DNA from: Planctomycetota bacterium
Lineage (GTDB): Bacteria; Planctomycetota; UBA1135; UBA2386
DNA length: 64,000 nucleotides
Reading direction: 5' to 3'
Assembly: GCA_947501605.1 (NCBI GenBank)
Contig: CANMWZ010000013.1
Location: forward strand, 38,881 to 102,880
Shown piece by piece: positions 7,779 to 16,390 of this stretch (its first letter is position 1; each line of letters starts with the position of its first letter). The notes beneath the pieces were generated by a model. That model was not told the DNA's origin. It saw nothing but the letters and a program-made list of their open reading frames with translations, and did not search any database. The position numbers and the translations under genes were made by a program.

Positions 7779-10519
7779 CCCCGAGTTTGCGCTACCTGCA
7801 GGTCTACCCGGCCTACGGTCCAGCGCGCGCGACTGAAGAAGACGCGTACGCGGAACGCATGCGCGCGCGGGGTGCCCATACCGACACCCTTGGTATCCCA
7901 TGCGACGGCGGCTGGTGGCCCTTCCCCGTGCTCGATCAGAGGTATCGCTCCTCCGACCGCGGGCTCCTCGCTGCCTACGAGGAACTGGCGCAGAAACTGC
8001 AGTCTTACGACGTGTTGATCGCCGCCGGCGGCTCGATGCTGCACCCGGCGTTCCTCGACCAACTGCGGGTGCAGAAGATCCTCATCTGCGCCGACGATCC
8101 CGAGAACTCGGACAACCTGTCGCGTCCCATCGCCGCGCACTTCGACCACTGCTTCGTCGTCAACGCCGCGTGCGTCGGCGACTACGCGAAATGGGGCGCC
8201 AAAAGTGCGTCGTGGCTGCCGCCCGTGCTGCGGGAAGAGCGCATTGCCGCCGGCGTTACCGAGCGTCGCATCCTCTACGGCCATCGTGACCTCGACGTCG
8301 TCCTGTGTTGCGATCGGGCCTTCGGCATCGGCAACCGAGCTGCGCGCGCCGACCAACTCGTCGCGGAGTTCCCGCAGGCTTGGGTCCGAGGCCGCGGCTG
8401 GCCCGAGGGACCGGCGTTGGCGGCCGAGGTCGCCGACGCCTACTCGCGCAGCAAGCTCGGATGGAATCTCCACCACTCGATCGGCCCGGTCAACACGCGC
8501 CTCTTGGAGCTGCCCGCGAACGGCGTTCTCCAACTCTGCGACAACCGGCAACACCTCGGCGCCATCTTCGAACTCGACCGCGAAGTCATCGGCTTCGACA
8601 CCATTGCCGAGTGCCTCGACAAGACGCGCTACTACCTCGAACACGACGACGAACGGCGCCGCATCGCTGCGGCTGGCCATGCGCGCGTCCTGCGCGATTA
8701 CACCGAAGACAAGCAGTGGCTGCGCATCGCCGAGGTTGCCAAGCGCTTGTGCAATGCCAGTGAACGCCGCCCAGAGTCGGCGGCTCGCCTCACCACCGCG
8801 CCGACCACAGTGCCGCACCACAAGCCCAAGGTCTGGCTACTTGCCGACCGTCGCGGCTGGGCCTACGACCGCGAAGCGCAGGCGATGGCACAGTGGCTCG
8901 CACCAGAGTTTGAATGCCGCGTCGCCTACGTGCAGGAGCAGCCCGATCTCGGCGGCTGGGACTTCGACCTCATCTGGGTGTTCTTCTGGGGCGAGACGTG
9001 GCATCAGCACTTCACCCGAGACCCCCGACAAGTCGTCAAGATGATCGGTAGCCATCGGTGGCAGAACGAAGCTGCCTACGGCTTGCTCGATCCCAAGACG
9101 TTTGCGGCCGAGCACCTCGCCGACGCCGGTGCCGTCGCCGCGATCTCACGACGGCTGCAGACGATTCTCCAACCCGTGCGTCCAGTGGCGCTCGTCTCGC
9201 AGGGCATCGATCCGAGCGTGTTCAAGCCAGCGGCCTCGGCGCCGCGAGGCGAACTGCGCGTTGGCTGGGCCGGCAATCGCAACGACGCCTGCAAGGGTCT
9301 GACGGACATCCTCGAACCCGCGTGCCAAGGTCGCTTCGACCTCGCCATCGCCGGCGGCGAACACGGTCCCGACGCGATGGCGTCCTTCTACCAAGAACTC
9401 GACGTGCTCTGCGTCGCCTCCACAGCCGAGGGCGGCCCCTTGCCCCTGCTCGAAGCGCTCGCATGCGGCGTGTTTGTGGTCACGACCGACGTCGGCATCG
9501 CGCGCGAAGTCGTTGACCACGGCACCAATGGCCTCGTTGTCGCGCGCAATCCCGCCGCGTTCCGAGCCGCGTTGCACTGGTGCGAGGCCAATCTCCCAGA
9601 AGTGCGCAGCGATCGCCTCGTGCGCTCCGGCAACTTGCACGCCACGCGAAGCTGGCAAGCGGTGATGCACCAACGTGCTTCGGTGCTCCGCGATGCGCTC
9701 GGGTCGTCTTCGCCGCGCACCCAGAGTTCAGCAGTAGTGGCGCCCGTGCCGCAGTCCGCCGTGCAACAGTTGCAGTCCAACTATCGCGCGCATCTGCAAC
9801 ATGTCAGTGGCGCCGCCGAAGAGACCTACCGCGCCGCGAGCACTTACTACCGCGCCGAGCTGCAGGCTGTGCTGCCCGTCGATCGTTCGGCGCGCATCGC
9901 CGAGGTCGGTTGCGGCTTCGGGCATCTGCTCCGGTTCCTGCTCGAACAGGGCTACACCGAACTCGTCGGTTGCGACCTCGATGGCGAGCTCGCGGCCGCG
10001 ACGACCGAGCGGCTGCAGGGTCGCGCCATCGTCGACCACGCCGATGCGCGCAGCTTCCTCGCGTCAGCCCCAGCCCGGTTCGACCTGGTGTTGGCCTATG
10101 ACATCCTCGAGCACTTCGACCTCGACGGCGCACTCGCGTTTGCCGCAGCGGCCCGGACCTCGTTACGACCTGGCGGCACTGTCGTGTTCCGGACGCCGAA
10201 CATGGCCAACCTTCTCGGTGGCTATTCGCGCTACATGGACCTGACGCACCGCATCGGCTTCACCGAACAGAGTGCCGGCCAGTTGCTGCGTGCGGCCGGC
10301 TTTGCCGCGGTCACCGTCATCGAAGCGCAGCATGAGCCGGGACCCTTCCGCGATGAGTTGTTGGCCAGCCGTCGTCTGCACCAACAGATGTTCGCGCAAC
10401 AAGACCGCTCGCGGCCGACGTGCTTTGACAAGAACCTCGTCATCGCCGCAACTGTGCCCGCTGCAACGGGCGCCCAACCGATCCTCCGCGAGCCCCTGCG
10501 TCAAGGCGCCCTGCGATGA
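7775..10519 (+). CDS. three-domain fusion: CgeB-like glycosyltransferase + GT4 glycosyltransferase + class I SAM methyltransferase
   Basis: YSRSKLGWN..NTRLLELPANG..ERRRIAAAGH (CgeB/Glyco_trans_1_2-like); ASTAEGGPLPLLEALACG (GT4 E-x7-E); EVGCGFG..DILEHF..LRPGG..TPN (methyltransferase). ATGA overlap with previous gene. Confidence 0.85.
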   Translation: MTPSLRYLQVYPAYGPARATEEDAYAERMRARGAHTDTLGIPCDGGWWPFPVLDQRYRSSDRGLLAAYEELAQKLQSYDVLIAAGGSMLHPAFLDQLRVQKILICADDPENSDNLSRPIAAHFDHCFVVNAACVGDYAKWGAKSASWLPPVLREERIAAGVTERRILYGHRDLDVVLCCDRAFGIGNRAARADQLVAEFPQAWVRGRGWPEGPALAAEVADAYSRSKLGWNLHHSIGPVNTRLLELPANGVLQLCDNRQHLGAIFELDREVIGFDTIAECLDKTRYYLEHDDERRRIAAAGHARVLRDYTEDKQWLRIAEVAKRLCNASERRPESAARLTTAPTTVPHHKPKVWLLADRRGWAYDREAQAMAQWLAPEFECRVAYVQEQPDLGGWDFDLIWVFFWGETWHQHFTRDPRQVVKMIGSHRWQNEAAYGLLDPKTFAAEHLADAGAVAAISRRLQTILQPVRPVALVSQGIDPSVFKPAASAPRGELRVGWAGNRNDACKGLTDILEPACQGRFDLAIAGGEHGPDAMASFYQELDVLCVASTAEGGPLPLLEALACGVFVVTTDVGIAREVVDHGTNGLVVARNPAAFRAALHWCEANLPEVRSDRLVRSGNLHATRSWQAVMHQRASVLRDALGSSSPRTQSSAVVAPVPQSAVQQLQSNYRAHLQHVSGAAEETYRAASTYYRAELQAVLPVDRSARIAEVGCGFGHLLRFLLEQGYTELVGCDLDGELAAATTERLQGRAIVDHADARSFLASAPARFDLVLAYDILEHFDLDGALAFAAAARTSLRPGGTVVFRTPNMANLLGGYSRYMDLTHRIGFTEQSAGQLLRAAGFAAVTVIEAQHEPGPFRDELLASRRLHQQMFAQQDRSRPTCFDKNLVIAATVPAATGAQPILREPLRQGALR

Positions 10520-13452
10520 ACCGCCGCACTCGCTTTTGCGTGACCCTCGACGTCGAACGCGACTACGCACCGGAGTGGCGAACGCCGCCGTCGCTGACCT
10601 TCGATAGCGTTACACGAGCACTGCCGGCGACGTTTGCACCCCTGTGCCAAGCGCACGGCGTGCGCCCCACGTATCTGCTAAGTCCGGAGACCCTGTGCTC
10701 ACGGACGGCGACGGCGGCGTTGCGTGCACTGCGGCAGCAGCACCACTGCGAACTCGGCGCCCATCTGCACGCGGAGTACGTGCCGCCGGGACCACGGCCG
10801 CAGCAATGGTGCAATCAGGACGTGCGCATCGCCGCGATGCAGCGAGACCTCGAACCCGGCGATGAACACGCTCGCCTCGCGACGCTCACCGAGCTGTTCG
10901 CCCAACAACTCGGCGCACGGCCAAGCTCCTTCCGTGCCGGTCGCTTCGGCGCGAGTCCGCACACGGGCCGCATCCTCAGCGAACTCGGCTACCTCGTCGA
11001 CTCTTCGGTCACGCCCGGCGTGGTGTGGCAGTCGGCAGATGGCACCGCGGCCCCCGACTATCGCTCACTTCGCCACGTTCCGTACCGCGTGCACGATGAC
11101 GGCAATCTATGGCGCCCCGGCACCGGCTCGCTGTTCGAGATCCCGGTCACCGTGCTGTCGCCAGACGCGCTTGGTCGCAGCGGCAGTGACCCGGTTTGGC
11201 TGCGCCCCTGGTTCAGCGATCGCGCGACGATGCTTGCCATCCTCGAAGCCGCCGCGCGCGCCGAGGACGCCGGCATGCCATGGCAAACGCTGTGCATGAT
11301 GTTCCACTCGATGGAGCTCGTGGCCGGCGCCTCGCCCTATCCGCAGACCGAGACCGACGTCGCGCGCTACGTGGGGGATCTCGATGCCGTCTTCGCCCGC
11401 GCGCGCGAACTGGGCTTTGTCGCCGCAACACTGACCGAAGCCGCTCTCGATCTAGCGCGCGAGGGTGACGAAGACGCACGCCGGGCTGCTGTCTGCATCG
11501 ATCCGTCGGCATGGACGGCGAAGCAGCCGCAGTGGCAGGTGTTCGCCAACGCCTTCGACCCGGCGCCGACGCTCGCGGCCCACGGCACGCAACCGTGGTT
11601 CCTCTACAGCGTCAACCATCGCCACGAACGGTGGGACAACTGCCTCGGTTACGAGTGGCTGTCATTGAACGTCAGACCGGATGCGGCGGTCCTCGACCTC
11701 GGCTGCGGCCCTGGCTTCAACCTCCAGTGGCTCGCGCGCCGCGGCTTCACGCAGCTGTACGGCTGCGATCTCGACCCCAAGGCGGTCACCGCCGGAACGG
11801 ACATCGCGACCGCTACCAACGCATCCGTCCACCTCTGGGTCGACGACGCCATCACGATGATGGCGGCGCCGCGACGCACGTTTGCGGCGATCGCGGCGAT
11901 GAACTGGATTCCGCTGGTCGGCGACTTCGATCTCGACGCGTTCTTGTGCCGTGCGTGCGCCTTGCTGACTGAAGACGGCGCGTTGTTGCTCGACTACATC
12001 GACGAGAACTACGCCCAGAACGAGAAGCACCGCTGGCTCACCGGCGACTGGAACAAGCCCGAAGGCGAACGGCGGCCGAGCGAGTACCGCACGCGCTTCT
12101 CGCCTGCAGTGCTGATCGCCGCGATGCGACGCCGTGGCTTTCAGGTCGAACGCCACTGGCGCGTCGACGGCGCCGTGCCGCGCGGCGTGCTCGCGTGCCG
12201 CCGCACGACCGTGCGCAAGAAGCAGGTCCTCTGGGTTGTGGACGCCCCGGGTTGGGCGCACGACCGCAAGGCGCAGAACCTCTGCCGCGCGCTCGCGGAT
12301 CGATACGACGGCCGCATCGTCTACCAGGATGCGCTGGCCAGCAGCGACCTGCTGCAGGCCGATCTCGTGGTGCTGTTCTATTGGCGACAGCTGCAGTCGC
12401 TCGATCGACTCAAGGCCGAGTTCGCACGCTTGCGCCACAAGCTCCTGATCGGCATCTGCTCGCACAACGAACTCGAAGGCGCCTTCGAGAAGCAGGGACT
12501 CTCCGTGCTCCGACGACTGCCGCGCGCGGTGTTCACGCACAGCTCCCTCCTCGAACACGAGTACCGCGCTCGCGTCGGCGGTACGGCCTACTGCCTGCCG
12601 AACGGCGTCGACTCGACGTTCTTCATGCCAGGCGAACACGCGCGCAGCGCCGGTCTGCCTCTACGTGTCGGCTGGGCTGGCAGCATCGCCAACTTTGGCG
12701 GCGAGATGCGCGGCCTGCCCAACGTCATCGAACCAGCGATTGCGCGCCTCGATGGCGTCGAGCTGCGCATCGCCGCACGCGAGGAGCGCTTGCGGACGCA
12801 GGACGAAATGCGCGCCTTCTATCGCGAACTCGATGTCTACGTCTGCGCCAGCCGTGTCGAGGGCACGCCAAATCCCTGCCTCGAAGCAGCCGCCTGCGGC
12901 GTGCCCGTGGTCACGACCGCGGTCGGCAACATGCCGGAGCTGATCCGCGACGGCGAGAATGGCTACCTACTGCCGCGCGATGCAGCAGCCTTTGCGTGCG
13001 CCTTCGCCAAGCTACGCGACGATCCAGAGCTACGTCTCCGCATGAGCCAAGCCATCCGCGCCACGATCGAACGCGACTGGGACTGGGGCCCGCGAGCCGA
13101 TGGCTTTGCCCGGATGTTCGATGCTGCGCTCGCAGCGGCGCGCGGCCCGCTCGTCGCCTTGGACCATGTGACCCGCGGCGAACGGAGCCTTGAAACTGCC
13201 GATTGGGCCACCGCGAAGGGCGCTTTCTACGACGCCCTCGACGCCGATTCGGGCTGCAGCATCGCGCACGCGCACCTCGCTGTGCTTTGGTGGGACGAAG
13301 GCACACCCGATGCAGCGCTGACGGCACTCGGTCATCAGACGGCCGCTGTGCAAATGGCGCGCGATTGCGCGCGCACGCGTGCGCTCGTTGCCGATCTACT
13401 GCGCCGCCAGGGCAAACTCGACGCCGCCAACGCACTCGCCGCCGCGCGCTGA
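10516..13452 (+). CDS. four-domain fusion: WalW-like CE4 polysaccharide deacetylase + methyltransferase + GT4 glycosyltransferase + TPR-like tail
   Basis: VTLDVE, RPTYL, ELGAHLH, SFRAGRFG, VDSSVTPG, WLRP, FHSMEL (WalW-like); VLDLGCGPG; ASRVEGTPNPCLEAAACG; helical TPR-like C-terminus. ATGA overlap. Confidence 0.85.
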   Translation: MNRRTRFCVTLDVERDYAPEWRTPPSLTFDSVTRALPATFAPLCQAHGVRPTYLLSPETLCSRTATAALRALRQQHHCELGAHLHAEYVPPGPRPQQWCNQDVRIAAMQRDLEPGDEHARLATLTELFAQQLGARPSSFRAGRFGASPHTGRILSELGYLVDSSVTPGVVWQSADGTAAPDYRSLRHVPYRVHDDGNLWRPGTGSLFEIPVTVLSPDALGRSGSDPVWLRPWFSDRATMLAILEAAARAEDAGMPWQTLCMMFHSMELVAGASPYPQTETDVARYVGDLDAVFARARELGFVAATLTEAALDLAREGDEDARRAAVCIDPSAWTAKQPQWQVFANAFDPAPTLAAHGTQPWFLYSVNHRHERWDNCLGYEWLSLNVRPDAAVLDLGCGPGFNLQWLARRGFTQLYGCDLDPKAVTAGTDIATATNASVHLWVDDAITMMAAPRRTFAAIAAMNWIPLVGDFDLDAFLCRACALLTEDGALLLDYIDENYAQNEKHRWLTGDWNKPEGERRPSEYRTRFSPAVLIAAMRRRGFQVERHWRVDGAVPRGVLACRRTTVRKKQVLWVVDAPGWAHDRKAQNLCRALADRYDGRIVYQDALASSDLLQADLVVLFYWRQLQSLDRLKAEFARLRHKLLIGICSHNELEGAFEKQGLSVLRRLPRAVFTHSSLLEHEYRARVGGTAYCLPNGVDSTFFMPGEHARSAGLPLRVGWAGSIANFGGEMRGLPNVIEPAIARLDGVELRIAAREERLRTQDEMRAFYRELDVYVCASRVEGTPNPCLEAAACGVPVVTTAVGNMPELIRDGENGYLLPRDAAAFACAFAKLRDDPELRLRMSQAIRATIERDWDWGPRADGFARMFDAALAAARGPLVALDHVTRGERSLETADWATAKGAFYDALDADSGCSIAHAHLAVLWWDEGTPDAALTALGHQTAAVQMARDCARTRALVADLLRRQGKLDAANALAAAR

Positions 13453-13538
13453 TATCGCGCCACAGCCGGCCAGCAACATCGCGGCGCAGCAAGCGCAATA
13501 CTCGGCGCCCGCCATCCCCCGCCCAGCGTCCTCGCGGC

Positions 13539-15371
13539 ATGAGAAGCCCACGCTGCCTCGCGCCTACGCTCAGAGCGACTCTGCTGCTCGTAGCCCTGTT
13601 GCTGTCGCTTCCGGGAAGCGCGCAATCGTTGGCGTGGCAGTTGCCACCACTCGGGTCTGTCGAGTACCGCCGCAACTGCAAGTCACACAGCGGCGTCGCT
13701 GAGTCAGCTGCCGCGGCGCACAAGCTCGTGCCGACCGAGGCCGTGCCAGAAAAGTACTTGCCCGACCTCTGGCCAGCGCCATGGCTTTGCGACGGGGAGC
13801 TCGACGCGGATCGCCGCGCGCCGGTCACTCCGGTCCGCGACCTACGCGATGTGCTTCGACGAATCGCACTCGATCTCTCCGTCCAGAGCAGCGGAACGTG
13901 GCAGTTTCCGCGACTCGTGCCCTTTGGCGACGTGATCGTACGCGGACGCATCGGGCCTCGCGGCGACGACGGCATCCAGGACTTCGAGCTCACGATCGAT
14001 CGACGTCCAGCAACGCCACTGCCAAGCGACCCGCGCAGTGGTCCGTATGCGCTGACCCAGATGTTCGCCTTCGACGTGAACGGGACGATCGCGATTCGTC
14101 GCGTTGTCGATGTCGAGCACGGGCTGGTGCGCTCGTTCGAGGCACAGGCGAGTCTTGTGGTGCAAGAGGACAAGAAGCGCTTTCGCCACATCGTGCTGCA
14201 GGACCACTGGGAGCTGATTGCCGTGCGCGACAACCAGGACGCCGACTTTCGCGCACGCGTCGCGGCCGCCGTTCGCAGCGGCTCCCAATGGGTGCACGAA
14301 TCGCTGAAAGGAGTCAGCGCCACATGGTTGCGCGATACCGCCGACGACGACTACACGTTTGGCAGCGGCCGACTCGCACTCGCGGTGTTGACGCTGCTGC
14401 ACGCCGAAGTGGCGCCCGATGACCCCGTTCTCGCTGCGGCGATGACCGCACTGCAGCGCCGCAAGATCGTCGACACCTACTCGTTGGCGACGGCGCTGAT
14501 GGCCTTGTCGCAACGCTATGCCCCAGCCCGCGAGGCCGAGATGGTGCGCTCTGGTGCGGTGGTCCTCCGAGCGGCACGAGACCTACCGCCGCGCGAACGC
14601 GAACTCGCCCAGAAGTGGCTCGATCGTTTGCTCGACAACCGCGACACCCGCGTCGACCCGGACAAGACCCTGCGCTTTGACTACGACGGCGGCAAGCGCT
14701 TCGACAACTCGGTGTCGCAGTACGGCCTACTCGGCCTCGACGCTGCTGCGCTGTGCGGATTGCCGATCTCGGACGCCACCTGGAATGCGGCAGCTGACCA
14801 TTTCCTCTCGGTTCAGTGCCCTGCGCGCGGATCGCCCGTAGCGCTGTCGTTGTTGACGCACCGCGAACTGATGCTCGCTGCCGGCGCCGAACCCGCGTCA
14901 CGTACTCTGCGTGCAGCACCCCGCGGCTTCTCGTACCAGGCCCCCGACGAGCCGCCGTACGGCAGCCTGACTGCCGCGAGCCTCGCCGGCATGGTCGTCG
15001 CGCGCGCCGGCATGCTGCGCAACGAGCGCGCGCCGCGGCAGCGCTTGCGCGACATGGACGCAGCGATCGAGTCGGCGTTCGCATGGCTCGGCGCCGAGTT
15101 CACGCCACGGGCCAACCCGGGGTTTGTCGGCAAGGCCGACAAGCACTGGTACTACTGGCTCTACAGCCTCGAACGCGCCTGCGAACTCGCCGGTATCGCC
15201 CGCCTCTGCGGGCGCGATTGGTACTACGAAGGCGCCGTGCAGATCCTGTCGCAACAACAGAAGACCGGCGCGTTCAAGACCGGCGGCGGCGAGACCATGG
15301 GGATCGAGGCCACGTGCCTTGCGATCTTGTTCCTGAAGAAGTCGACGCTGCCCGCGATCACCGGACGCTGA
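13539..15371 (+). CDS. secreted protein with prenyltransferase/squalene-oxidase-like alpha/alpha-barrel repeats
   Basis: Signal-like LLLVALLLSLPGSAQS; DNSVSQYGLLGL, YGSLTAASLAG, YYWLYSLERAC, DWYYEGA..LSQQ, TCLAILFL. Start moved from 13203, which overlaps the previous gene. Confidence 0.75.
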   Translation: MRSPRCLAPTLRATLLLVALLLSLPGSAQSLAWQLPPLGSVEYRRNCKSHSGVAESAAAAHKLVPTEAVPEKYLPDLWPAPWLCDGELDADRRAPVTPVRDLRDVLRRIALDLSVQSSGTWQFPRLVPFGDVIVRGRIGPRGDDGIQDFELTIDRRPATPLPSDPRSGPYALTQMFAFDVNGTIAIRRVVDVEHGLVRSFEAQASLVVQEDKKRFRHIVLQDHWELIAVRDNQDADFRARVAAAVRSGSQWVHESLKGVSATWLRDTADDDYTFGSGRLALAVLTLLHAEVAPDDPVLAAAMTALQRRKIVDTYSLATALMALSQRYAPAREAEMVRSGAVVLRAARDLPPRERELAQKWLDRLLDNRDTRVDPDKTLRFDYDGGKRFDNSVSQYGLLGLDAAALCGLPISDATWNAAADHFLSVQCPARGSPVALSLLTHRELMLAAGAEPASRTLRAAPRGFSYQAPDEPPYGSLTAASLAGMVVARAGMLRNERAPRQRLRDMDAAIESAFAWLGAEFTPRANPGFVGKADKHWYYWLYSLERACELAGIARLCGRDWYYEGAVQILSQQQKTGAFKTGGGETMGIEATCLAILFLKKSTLPAITGR

Positions 15372-15402
15372 TTTCGCCAGTGGCGCGAGCGATGATGTCG
15401 TC

Positions 15403-16293
15403 ATGAGCCACTTCCTTGATCGTCGCTCCATGCTGGGTGTTTGCGCCGGCGCGCTGTCCCTCACTTCCTTGCCGGCTGCGGTACGCCCGGTGACCGAATC
15501 ACCAGCACCGCCGCGTGGCCGCACGCTGAAGCAGTCCGTTGCACGCTGGACCTACGGCAGCACGCCGCTCGACGAACTCTGTGCCCACGCCAAGGCCATC
15601 GGCCTCGTCGGCATCGACCTGCTGCATCCAGAGGAATGGGCCGTGCCAGCGAAGCACGGGATCATCTGCACGATGTCGTTTTGCCCCAAGAGCATGCAAA
15701 TCGGTCGCGGCATGAATCGGCTGGAGAACCACGATCCGTTCGTGAAGGACTGTGCAGACCTGCTGCCGCGCATCGCCGACGCCGGCATCGCCAACATGGT
15801 CGTTTTCAGCGGCAACCGCGACGGCCAGGATGAAGCGACCGGGATCGCCAACTGCGTTGCGGGCTTTCGGCGCCTCGCGCCGCTCGCCGAGAAGGCGGGC
15901 GTCACGCTGTGCATGGAGTACCTCAACAGCAAGGTCGACCACGCCGACTACGCGTTCGATCGGATGAACTACGGCCTCGAGGTCTGCAAACAGGTCGGCT
16001 CACCGCGCGTGAAGATCCTCTACGATATCTACCACGCTCAGATCATGGAAGGCGATGTCATCCGCACGCTGCGCGACCACATCGAGCACATCGGTCACTT
16101 TCACACGGGCGGAGTGCCCGGCCGAAACGACATCGACGACACCCAAGAGCTTTACTACCCAGCCATCTGCAGAGCGATCCTCGACACTGGCTTCGATGGC
16201 TTCCTGGCCCACGAGTTCTTGCCGAAGAAGGACGGACTCGCAACGCTGAAACGCTGCGCCGACATCTGCCGCGTCGAGGCGACCGCGAAGTGA
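15403..16293 (+). CDS. hydroxypyruvate isomerase family TIM-barrel protein with twin-arginine-like signal
   Basis: LDRRSMLG leader; FSGNR, MEYLNSKVDH, LYDIYHAQIMEGD, HFHTGGVPGR, HEFLP. Confidence 0.85.
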   Translation: MSHFLDRRSMLGVCAGALSLTSLPAAVRPVTESPAPPRGRTLKQSVARWTYGSTPLDELCAHAKAIGLVGIDLLHPEEWAVPAKHGIICTMSFCPKSMQIGRGMNRLENHDPFVKDCADLLPRIADAGIANMVVFSGNRDGQDEATGIANCVAGFRRLAPLAEKAGVTLCMEYLNSKVDHADYAFDRMNYGLEVCKQVGSPRVKILYDIYHAQIMEGDVIRTLRDHIEHIGHFHTGGVPGRNDIDDTQELYYPAICRAILDTGFDGFLAHEFLPKKDGLATLKRCADICRVEATAK

Positions 16294-16320
16294 GGGCGAA
16301 CCGAGCGCCAGAATGCGATA

Positions 16321-16352
16321 GACCCCGATCCGCGCGATCGCGGACCGGGGTC
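16321..16352. terminator. 14-bp stem-loop between convergent genes
   Basis: GACCCCGATCCGCG-CGAT-CGCGGACCGGGGTC with one mismatch; no clear U-tract. Confidence 0.5.
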
Positions 16353-16390
16353 ATGGGCCAAGGCGGTCGTCGCCGACCGCGCCGCCGGGG

